Virus record (IMG/VR): IMGVR_UViG_3300045988_115457
Strand: one strand, 5' to 3'
DNA: 60,731 bases
Source of the DNA: a virus
Part shown: positions 44,649 to 52,037 of the stretch, one piece after another
Numbering within the stretch: the stretch's first letter is position 1
How the letters are laid out: the number at the start of each line of letters is the position of its first letter
Notes under the pieces: model-generated
Databases searched by the model: none
Told to the model about the DNA's origin: nothing
What the model saw: only the letters and a program-made list of their open reading frames with translations
Position numbers and translations under genes: made by a program

Positions 44649-45389
44649 ATGGCGACGTTAATCCACGATACGGATAGAATGAGTTCGCTTGAAATTGCGG
44701 AACTCACAGGAAAACAGCACGCACATATTATGCGTGATATTCGTTCTCTTTTAGCGCAAGGAGTATCACAATCCAATTTTGGATTGTCATCCTACAAGCA
44801 ACCACAGCCAAGAGGAGGATATAAAGAACTCCCCTGTTTCGAACTCACCAAGAAAGGCTGTCTGATCCTCGCCTCTGGTTACGACGCAGTGCTCCGTGAG
44901 AAGATTATTGATCGCTGGGAACAACTCGAACTAGAGAAGCGCAAACCTCAAACTCCCCAAACCTACCTCGAAGCCCTAAAAGCCCTAGTATCATCGGAAG
45001 AGGAAAAGCAACGGTTAGCACTGGAGAAGCAACAACTGGAACAGCAAAACGCCAAACTCCAGCCAAAGGCAGCCTTTGCCGACGCAGCCTTCGCCACCGA
45101 CGATAAGGTAGACATAGGAATGTCCGCCAAGATCCTGAAACTCGGATTCGGGCGAAACACTCTATTCGACAAGCTAAGGAAAGCAGGCGTATTCTTCGCC
45201 AACCGAAACGAGCCCAAACAGCGGTTTATTGATGCCGGATACTTCGAGATGAAAGAGAAGTTCATCGAGCGCAACAACCATCCGGGGTTTGTCGTAACCA
45301 AAGTGCTAGTTACCCAAAAGGGATTGGCTTATCTGAACCACCTGTTTGGAGGAAATCCTTCTGATGGGAAGCTAGCTAGGATAGTATAA
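44649..45389 (+). CDS. Rha-family regulatory protein with a KilA-C/ANT C-terminal domain (antirepressor)
   Basis: MSSLEIAELTGKQHAHIMRDIRSL (Rha N-terminus), coiled coil, then DIGMSAKILKLGFGRNTLFDKLRKAGV. Confidence 0.78.
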   Translation: MATLIHDTDRMSSLEIAELTGKQHAHIMRDIRSLLAQGVSQSNFGLSSYKQPQPRGGYKELPCFELTKKGCLILASGYDAVLREKIIDRWEQLELEKRKPQTPQTYLEALKALVSSEEEKQRLALEKQQLEQQNAKLQPKAAFADAAFATDDKVDIGMSAKILKLGFGRNTLFDKLRKAGVFFANRNEPKQRFIDAGYFEMKEKFIERNNHPGFVVTKVLVTQKGLAYLNHLFGGNPSDGKLARIV

Positions 45390-45599
45390 CATCCCCCTTC
45401 CCTAATTCATAATTTACAGCAGTCCGTTTCAATGCCGGACAGCCACAACTATATCAAAAATATACGAATATGCCAGAAATTACAATCATTGTATTATGCC
45501 TGCTTGCCGGATATAAGATGTTCGGCAATGATAACGACAGGTTTTTCATGTGCTAAGCAAGAGCGACACGATAGTATCAACACATTAAATAAAATCATT

Positions 45600-46241
45600 A
45601 TGGAAACAAGAAGTTTGGAATTATGGTCTACCGATAGGATTGATTTGGTAGAAGCGAAAAACGGTCAAGCCGTGACCTCTTCTTTGGTGGTTGCGGATTA
45701 CTTCCACAAAGAACATGGTAAAGTCTTAAGGGCTATAAATCAGTTAGAATGTAGCATAAATTTCAGACAAGCCAATTTTGGCTTATCTGACTATACAAAG
45801 AAAAATGGGAATGTAAGCAAAACATATCCCATGTACTACATGACCCGTGACGGCTTCACCTTCCTCGCCATGGGTTTCACCGGAAAGGTAGCCGCCCAGT
45901 TCAAGGAAGCCTACATCAACGCCTTCAACGAAATGGAAGAGAAGCTCCGATCCGAGCGTTGCACCAAGTACGCAGAACGCATCGTCAGAAAACAGGTGAA
46001 GGAGTTCAACCAATCATTGCAAGAAACGCTCGCCAGCGGTCGCAAGAAGCACGGAAACACTTACGGTGGATTGATACCCTACGGAAAGGAAGAAGTTGCG
46101 TACAACCCGAAAGAAAGCATGGAATCGAATCTAAAGCGGATATTCGGTCAAGTACATGAGATGTGCAAGGATGGATTCTTGATGTCCGCACTCGCTGTCG
46201 AGACAAACAAGATGATGCTGGATTTGATAAACAAGAAATAG
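45600..46241 (+). CDS. Rha-family phage regulatory protein
   Basis: TSSLVVADYFHKEHGKVLRAINQLE...YYMTRDGFTFLAMGFTGKVAAQFKEAYINAF. Confidence 0.75.
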   Translation: METRSLELWSTDRIDLVEAKNGQAVTSSLVVADYFHKEHGKVLRAINQLECSINFRQANFGLSDYTKKNGNVSKTYPMYYMTRDGFTFLAMGFTGKVAAQFKEAYINAFNEMEEKLRSERCTKYAERIVRKQVKEFNQSLQETLASGRKKHGNTYGGLIPYGKEEVAYNPKESMESNLKRIFGQVHEMCKDGFLMSALAVETNKMMLDLINKK

Positions 46242-46266
46242 AGTTGTGTTAGGGGCTTCGGACCGG

Positions 46267-46287
46267 CACATTAGTTGACGCCAATCA
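46267..46287. repeat. repeat R2 (CACATTAGTTGACGCCAATCA), inverted copy of R1 at 17233-17255
   Basis: See R1. Lies in the 3' UTR between the Rha gene and its terminator. Confidence 0.7.
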
Positions 46288-46292
46288 GCAGG

Positions 46293-46325
46293 AAAGGGTA
46301 GCCTTAGGGCTGCCCTTTCTTTATT
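46293..46325 (+). terminator. rho-independent terminator
   Basis: AAAGGGTAGCC-TTAG-GGCTGCCCTTT followed by CTTTATT. Confidence 0.7.
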
Positions 46326-46344
46326 GCATTATGGTAAATTGAGA

Positions 46345-46593
46345 TTAAACCTTTGATAGCATTTCTGTCAGATAATTATTTAATTTCCTAGCTGATTCAA
46401 TAGAAATATGATCTGTTTTCCCATCCATTTTAATACCTAAAGTTAAAAGCCCGTCATAGGTTTTATAAAAGGCTATCTCCATAAAAGGGACTCCTATGAT
46501 GTGAGAGATAATACACGAGTTTCTCTCTGATTCAATTTCTAAGATTTCATTTTCTTCAAGAAGTGCAAGTGGCTTCTCCATTGCTTTTTCCAT
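46345..46593 (-). CDS. hypothetical protein
   Basis: 82-aa ORF coupled to the upstream Bro gene. Confidence 0.6.
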   Translation of the reverse strand: MEKAMEKPLALLEENEILEIESERNSCIISHIIGVPFMEIAFYKTYDGLLTLGIKMDGKTDHISIESARKLNNYLTEMLSKV

Positions 46594-46594
46594 A

Positions 46595-47479
46595 TTACGC
46601 TGCTATTTTAGAATTGTAGAACTCAATAATAAACTTTTTCCCTATTTCCGTCCAATACATGTGCTGTCTTGTCTTAATCTCTCCTGTGCTACTCCTGTAT
46701 GGATATGGGCGGTGCACTGTATACCCTTTGTTTCTGTATTTAGAATAGAGATAATACACTCTACTTTCCTTATACTGTATTCCCCATTGGCAAAGAAGCT
46801 TATTCAACTTGATGTCGGAAATTCCCAAACAAGCCGCTATCATATTTACGGTAAGATATCCTGTACTTGATAATGTCTTGTCATAATAGTCTACTTTTGG
46901 TGCAGCTTGGTTTATTTTCTTTTCTTGTAGTTCTATAATTGCTTGTTGTTGCTCGCTTTGGGCTTCAAGTTGCTTTAATCTTTCTTCTCTCTTTGCCAAA
47001 GTGGCTTGCGCAAGCAATAAGGCTCGTGCCATTATTTCTTCGGGAGTATCATCCTGTTTGGTGGCTATATATCCTCCAGTAGTGCGTATTTCACGCAAGA
47101 TTTGTTTTATACCCTTCTTAAACTGCTTAGCTATTGGCTTGCGAGATTGCATCAATACTTCATACAAACCATCCTCTGTGAGAAAGTTACATTCTCTTCT
47201 TTGACCTGATACAAACAATGTTTGGGTCAGCTTTTCATCTTCATCAACCGTTCTCACCATAGTTGATACATCTGAATGCTCAATCCATTCTGCCACATCC
47301 TTAGCAAGGAACAAGGGAGATTCAGATGAACCATATACATTGATCTCATGCCCTAAAAAATTGGATTTACAAATAAGACTTAGACTTGCATCATCCCCTT
47401 TCACATCATTTGATATAAAAAGACTATTGCTGATAGGAATAATTTCACTATCTTTGTCTCTGTAATTTAATGCTTTCAT
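46595..47479 (-). CDS. Bro-N / KilA-C antirepressor
   Basis: FLGHEINVYGSSESPLFLAKDVAEWIEHSD (Bro-N), coiled coil, then VDYYDKTLSSTGYLTVNMIAACLGISDIKLNKLLCQWGIQY (KilA-C). Confidence 0.8.
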   Translation of the reverse strand: MKALNYRDKDSEIIPISNSLFISNDVKGDDASLSLICKSNFLGHEINVYGSSESPLFLAKDVAEWIEHSDVSTMVRTVDEDEKLTQTLFVSGQRRECNFLTEDGLYEVLMQSRKPIAKQFKKGIKQILREIRTTGGYIATKQDDTPEEIMARALLLAQATLAKREERLKQLEAQSEQQQAIIELQEKKINQAAPKVDYYDKTLSSTGYLTVNMIAACLGISDIKLNKLLCQWGIQYKESRVYYLYSKYRNKGYTVHRPYPYRSSTGEIKTRQHMYWTEIGKKFIIEFYNSKIAA

Positions 47480-47509
47480 ATCATTGCATAAAATTAAAAG
47501 TAAATAAAT

Positions 47510-47548
47510 ATCCCCATCAGCGGCTCGGACACTTCCGCTTTTGGGGAT
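47510..47548. terminator. long GC-rich hairpin with T/A-rich flanks on both sides (bidirectional terminator candidate)
   Basis: ATCCCCA..AGCGG-[11 nt]-CCGCT..TGGGGAT, 12 bp in two segments. Confidence 0.5.
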
Positions 47549-47566
47549 TTTAATTTGTCCGATTTT

Positions 47567-47611
47567 GTAGCAAGCAAGGATTCGAACCTCTCACGCCTTA
47601 CCGACTTGCTG
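47567..47611 (-). ncRNA. tRNA-like element D: acceptor stem plus T arm only (minihelix or tRNA 3' remnant)
   Basis: CAGCAAG-TCGGTAAGGCGTG-AGAGG-TTCGAAT-CCTTG-CTTGCTA-C. T loop is canonical, acceptor pairs 6/7, T stem is weak (3 WC + 1 GU). No D or anticodon arm. Confidence 0.4.
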
Positions 47612-47767
47612 AACCTGCCACGCCTGGCATATAAAAAAGCGCCAAAGGCAAGCTCCTCACTTCTCACCGATGGCGTTATATCTTTCAGCCGTGAGGATAG
47701 CCGTATTATTTTCCATGCACAAATTTATTTCATATCCAATTATAAGCCTAAAATTTTCACTTCCGGA

Positions 47768-47793
47768 AAACCACAATTCGCTTATTGTGGTTT
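47768..47793. repeat. palindromic hairpin family copy 3 (AAACCACAAT-TCGCTT-ATTGTGGTTT)
   Basis: Perfect 10-bp arms about 120 nt downstream of the portal stop. Confidence 0.75.
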
Positions 47794-47910
47794 ATTTGTC
47801 TTTTGAGCTAAAATCGAACTATACATTAAAAAGACTGCAACGATTTACTATTTTGTTCCATTTTTCCTATACTTTTTGTATAACCCCCGTAATTTTTCTA
47901 ACCACACACC

Positions 47911-49398
47911 CTAAACATTGTCCTTTTTGACTGATTCAGAAGATTCATTCTTTTCTTCCTCCTCAATCTCTTTCAGGACTTCATCGACCCTTTCGGCATT
48001 ACCGGCAAACAAAATCCCCTCTCTCCGTGACCATACTTTACCATTTATTGCACTAACTGCCGTTGTTACCCGTTCGTCAATGTCATCAATCATATACGGA
48101 ACCAAATCCACATCAATATCAATAGTCTGGGACGCCTTGTCAAATTCGGATGGGTTAATATCCGCCAAAGCTGATACCAAGAAGTTTACCCTCCGTTGAA
48201 AAAACTCTCCAATTACTTCCGCATGATTAGATACCGCCATGTGCGCACCCATAAAAATATACCTGAACGCTTTCCCTGAAATGGCATTTCCAAGACCTTT
48301 CAATTCTTGCGGTGATATACGTGGGGTATTCGTCAGGTCGTATGCCCTGTTAGTAAGCCCTTCGAGTTCCAATTTAACCGTATCAGGAACCTGATTCCAG
48401 GTCAGATATTGAGCGTTCGCTTTATCTCCAGTCAATTGTATGATTCTGTTTCGTTTCTTCCCTGTAAAGCCTGACACGTCCCCAAAGAGCATTAAATACG
48501 GGAAGAAGTGGTAGTCTATACAATCGGCATAGCTTGATAATATCTTCTCTATGCGTACACGTATAGTCTTTATCTTATGGCAGTAGGTCTCCGGGCGATA
48601 GCCATATAAAACAGGGAGCTTTTTAAACCCATGCCTGAAAGACTTCTCCTCTACCGCTTCCCACCCATTAGTATTTTCCCACTGGTAAACATGGGTAGCG
48701 GTAACAGTTTGAAAGCATACTATTTCTACATCGTCCAGGTCTTTCTTTTTATATTCACGTGAGAAGGCGACCAAATCTCCGGCATCATCAAAGAAAGGAT
48801 AAAGTTTATCTCCCCTGAATGGCGACCATATTACGCTACGAAGCTTATTTTGCGGTCTTACACTTCCCCCGAAAACCTTCTGTATTTTATTCCAGAATTT
48901 AGTCCAGAACGAATCATCTTTGACTGCATACCAGTATTCGGCACATTCCTGTTCAGAAAGCCAGGAACGAACTATGCGTTTATTCTGGTATTTTATTTTA
49001 TTCTTCTTCAGTACTTGTTGGATAGCATAAAATAGCCCTTTTTCATCTTCATTGGACGGAGCGCAATCCATCTTAGGCTCAACCCCTACTGTAAACGCTG
49101 TTTGAATATTGGTTATATCTTGCTCCAGCGGGATAGATATACGGTTACACGGCTCTGTACGTTTTTTAGCTGGGATAGTAGTGCTTTGACCGGTACTATC
49201 ATTCCATTCTTCCCCTTCCTTCTCTTCAACAACTTCGATGTCCGGGTATTTTTCTTTATCCACAATGATTTCATGCAAATCAGCATTCCAATCCTTCCAG
49301 TTTTCACCGGTATTGGGTTCCTCCGTTTTACGCCCTTTCTTCAAATATTCGATCTTCTGATCTACATCTTCTAATGCTAAAATCTCTTCTAATGTCAT
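47911..49398 (-). CDS. portal protein
   Basis: 495 aa immediately downstream of TerL. Acidic C-terminal tail. Confidence 0.8.
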   Translation of the reverse strand: MTLEEILALEDVDQKIEYLKKGRKTEEPNTGENWKDWNADLHEIIVDKEKYPDIEVVEEKEGEEWNDSTGQSTTIPAKKRTEPCNRISIPLEQDITNIQTAFTVGVEPKMDCAPSNEDEKGLFYAIQQVLKKNKIKYQNKRIVRSWLSEQECAEYWYAVKDDSFWTKFWNKIQKVFGGSVRPQNKLRSVIWSPFRGDKLYPFFDDAGDLVAFSREYKKKDLDDVEIVCFQTVTATHVYQWENTNGWEAVEEKSFRHGFKKLPVLYGYRPETYCHKIKTIRVRIEKILSSYADCIDYHFFPYLMLFGDVSGFTGKKRNRIIQLTGDKANAQYLTWNQVPDTVKLELEGLTNRAYDLTNTPRISPQELKGLGNAISGKAFRYIFMGAHMAVSNHAEVIGEFFQRRVNFLVSALADINPSEFDKASQTIDIDVDLVPYMIDDIDERVTTAVSAINGKVWSRREGILFAGNAERVDEVLKEIEEEEKNESSESVKKDNV

Positions 49399-49410
49399 AT
49401 TGATATATTT

Positions 49411-50679
49411 TTAACGTCCAAAAATCCCCGAATAATCTTTAGGTTTCTGAATTTTACCAAGAAGCTCACCCAATACATAATAACGGGCTGCATCGATAGC
49501 GTGGTTATCATGATCTTCCGGTTCATTTATATAGTTCCCATCTTTATCTTTAGCCCACACATATTTCCGTAGTTCTTTCTGAAGATTGTATGAACGTTTA
49601 GTTACAAAAATCTCCATGGTCTTCATTTTGTCTATACCTGCGTTAATAGAACCCGCTCCCTTTTCGACAGGATATATTTTTATCCCTCCATTGTGTATTT
49701 CTTGAATCAACCGTGGGTCAGCACTATCGGCTATAACCTTCAATCCCCATGGACGAAGCGTTTTAATGATGTCAGAGGAAAGAAGCCCGGTCCGGTAATC
49801 CACTTCATCCAAATACAGAGCATTATCAATAATTCCGCAACGAATAGAGGCGGACGGGTCATGAGTATACCCGAAATCTTGCCCAAAAGCAACCTTTTTG
49901 CACCAAATCGGGAACTCATCAACAATGCCCCATTTTTTGAATACAGCACCTTCTGCCACGTCAGCCCATCGTCCGATAACCACATGAGCATATTTATCCG
50001 GATCATTTACTTTCATATCCTCCACCTCTTTCAGAAACTCCGGTGAAAGATTCTCCAAATTATCAAAATAGGTGGTGTGAATATGAAGTACATTCGGATG
50101 GGTAGAAACCTGAACTTGCACACCGTCAATCTCTACGAGCTTGTGAGTATTCTCGATGTACTTTTTATAAATGAAGTGATTAGAGTCGCAGGGGTTCATT
50201 ATGATGATAATCCGGTTCTGAATCCCTTTCTTACGGATAGAGAGCATTATTTTATCGAACTCTTCTTCATTCGTCCATTCTTCCGCTTCATCGCAGACGA
50301 AAGTTGTGATACCCTGAATAGATTTCAGCTTTGCCGTCTGATTACCGGAAGAAGTCTTGATGCCTCGGAACATGATACGGCTATTAGTCATTTTATTGAC
50401 TATATCCGTCTTGGTAGTCTTGAAATACTTAGTTGTTCCATCTAGCTCTATCTTCTCCATCATTTCCGGGATGATAGACATACCAGCGGAAACCATCGTG
50501 TAACGGGTATAAAGAATCTGATGTACTATCTTCTCTACGGGAGTCATTTCAAAGGTCAACCGTTCGATGAAGGTGGAAGTGTTAAACGATTTTCCACTGC
50601 CACGACCGCCGGTGATAAGAATAATGAATTTTTCCTTATCCTCATATAACGGGTAATATATTTTTTGAGGTACGATCAT
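49411..50679 (-). CDS. terL: terminase large subunit
   Basis: Walker A TGGRGSGKS, Walker B FVCDEAEEW, C-terminal nuclease-type acidic residues. 422 aa. Confidence 0.92.
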   Translation of the reverse strand: MIVPQKIYYPLYEDKEKFIILITGGRGSGKSFNTSTFIERLTFEMTPVEKIVHQILYTRYTMVSAGMSIIPEMMEKIELDGTTKYFKTTKTDIVNKMTNSRIMFRGIKTSSGNQTAKLKSIQGITTFVCDEAEEWTNEEEFDKIMLSIRKKGIQNRIIIIMNPCDSNHFIYKKYIENTHKLVEIDGVQVQVSTHPNVLHIHTTYFDNLENLSPEFLKEVEDMKVNDPDKYAHVVIGRWADVAEGAVFKKWGIVDEFPIWCKKVAFGQDFGYTHDPSASIRCGIIDNALYLDEVDYRTGLLSSDIIKTLRPWGLKVIADSADPRLIQEIHNGGIKIYPVEKGAGSINAGIDKMKTMEIFVTKRSYNLQKELRKYVWAKDKDGNYINEPEDHDNHAIDAARYYVLGELLGKIQKPKDYSGIFGR

Positions 50680-51143
50680 TTCACTTTGTCTTTAATCCAA
50701 GAATCAATACTGATACCGTGGTCTATATTGGTAGGTATATCGGCATCTTCAGGCTTTGTCTCTTGCATAGGCTTTCCCCATAGCTTTTCGGTCAGTTCCT
50801 TTAACGTAGCGATAGAACCCTTACCGGAATCTTTATATAATGCTCTGCAAATATTAATGACCCACATGGGGGTATCGTCTTTCTCTATAATATCCTCAAC
50901 CTCTTTTTTGGTACATTGCATAACATACACTACAACCTCCTTCCATTCGTCATAGGATATATTATAGGCTTTTTTTGCAATAGTATATAGCTTAGGCTTC
51001 CGGCCTCTGTTTGGAGGCTGGTTTTCGCTTGTGAAACGGCGCCCCTTTCCTTTTATTCGTTCATAATCACCAGATGCCATTTTTGCTCGTTTTTTGCTCG
51101 TTTTCCCGCTATTTTTCCGATTTATAATTAAGATTTTCTCCAA
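50676..51143 (-). CDS. terS: terminase small subunit
   Basis: Basic N-terminus KGRRFTSENQPPNRGRKPK. ATGA overlap with terL. Alternative start MASGDY. Confidence 0.6.
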   Translation of the reverse strand: MEKILIINRKNSGKTSKKRAKMASGDYERIKGKGRRFTSENQPPNRGRKPKLYTIAKKAYNISYDEWKEVVVYVMQCTKKEVEDIIEKDDTPMWVINICRALYKDSGKGSIATLKELTEKLWGKPMQETKPEDADIPTNIDHGISIDSWIKDKVK

Positions 51144-51496
51144 TCAATTCCACGTTTAGCAAGAGCTCTTCTTGCTGCTTTTACAGACTCGTTCTCTGAT
51201 CTTCCTTTAGCTGCTTTTAATAACTGTTCCACGATGCTAGGTTCCCTGATTTTTCCAGAACGAACTAGCATATTATATTCAGCTCTAAGTTCTGTTCTTC
51301 GGTTCTGATATTCTACATCTTTACGATTCTGCCTAGCAAGGATAGCTTGACCGGCTCTATTTCGATAGTTGCCTTTCGCTAAAGCAACGTCTCCAAATCC
51401 TTGACGTCCATAGCCTTTTGAGGCCAAATACTCTTCTTCGGCCATTACTTTAGTTCGGGTATTGCTATTTCTTATTCCACCGCTAGTCTTTGCCAT
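51128..51496 (-). CDS. basic small protein, MAKTSGGIR paralog 3 (122 aa)
   Basis: The N-terminus MAKTSGGIRN is shared with two upstream paralogs. Arg/Lys-rich. Confidence 0.7.
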   Translation of the reverse strand: MAKTSGGIRNSNTRTKVMAEEEYLASKGYGRQGFGDVALAKGNYRNRAGQAILARQNRKDVEYQNRRTELRAEYNMLVRSGKIREPSIVEQLLKAAKGRSENESVKAARRALAKRGIDWRKS

Positions 51497-51498
51497 AA

Positions 51499-51800
51499 TT
51501 ACCTTCTCTTTCTTCTCAAGATATATTCATTAGTTTGATAACGCCCATTTGGTGCCATCGGATTCATTCTTCTTCCACTTTCTACAGCACTTGAAACACG
51601 ACCTACAGCTTTGAAAAATCTTTGAGGACTAACGCCTGTATTATGAGTATAGGATTGTATTCTTGCAATTTGAGCATTTACTTCATTGCGACTTTTCATT
51701 CTTATATTTCCAGTCCGTGTTCCTCCAAAAGAAGCACCAGGTCTAGTTCTACGGGTAGCTTTTACACTGCCCCCCTAATTCCTCCTGATGTCTTTGCCAT
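51499..51800 (-). CDS. MAKTSGGIR paralog 2, split at a G6 run (needs a -1 shift or 1-nt correction; otherwise a 12-aa peptide plus a 66-aa ORF)
   Basis: The ATG at 51800 gives MAKTSGGIRGAV*. The -1 frame opens exactly inside GGGGGG (51770-51775) and continues GSVKATRRTRPGASFGGTRTGNIRMKSRNEV...RRKRR. Confidence 0.5.
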
Positions 51801-52036
51801 TATTTCTTCCTCCTTCGTTTTAAGGTACTCCCCGATAATGTTGGATTAAGCATCAATACTTCAACTGGATAACCGGTATTTCTCGATAGATTATCCATAA
51901 CTGTCCTAGTTGCTTTATATATTCTATCCCGATTAGCATTCCCATAAGTCCTAATTAAGCGGTGCATTACTTTCTTTGCATCTACTCCGCTTCTGATTCT
52001 ATCACGTCCTCTAATCCCTCCACTTGTTTTAGCCAT
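51800..52036 (-). CDS. basic small protein, MAKTSGGIR paralog 1 (78 aa)
   Basis: Start at the internal Met, which avoids overlap with the ParB-like gene. MAKTSGGIRGRDRIRSG...KRRRKK. TAATG overlap with paralog 2. Confidence 0.65.
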   Translation of the reverse strand: MAKTSGGIRGRDRIRSGVDAKKVMHRLIRTYGNANRDRIYKATRTVMDNLSRNTGYPVEVLMLNPTLSGSTLKRRRKK

Positions 52037-52037
52037 T

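Noticed and set aside
17233-46287. R1/R2 as the inverted-repeat ends of a 29-kb invertible segment flipped by the Xer-like recombinase
   Set aside because: Inversion would reverse the whole structural and lysis region relative to terminase and portal, with no obvious benefit. The repeats are short (21-23 nt) with an indel. Their similar transcript context fits an RNA- or protein-binding element or a mosaic joint better. I kept it only as something to check in long reads.
47567-47611. tRNA-like minihelix D as the attP core of this phage
   Set aside because: It is 35 kb from the integrase, and the ORF-free AT-rich region directly 3' of int (12743-12967) is the more conventional attP location. 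D is more likely a scar or signal associated with the internal island.
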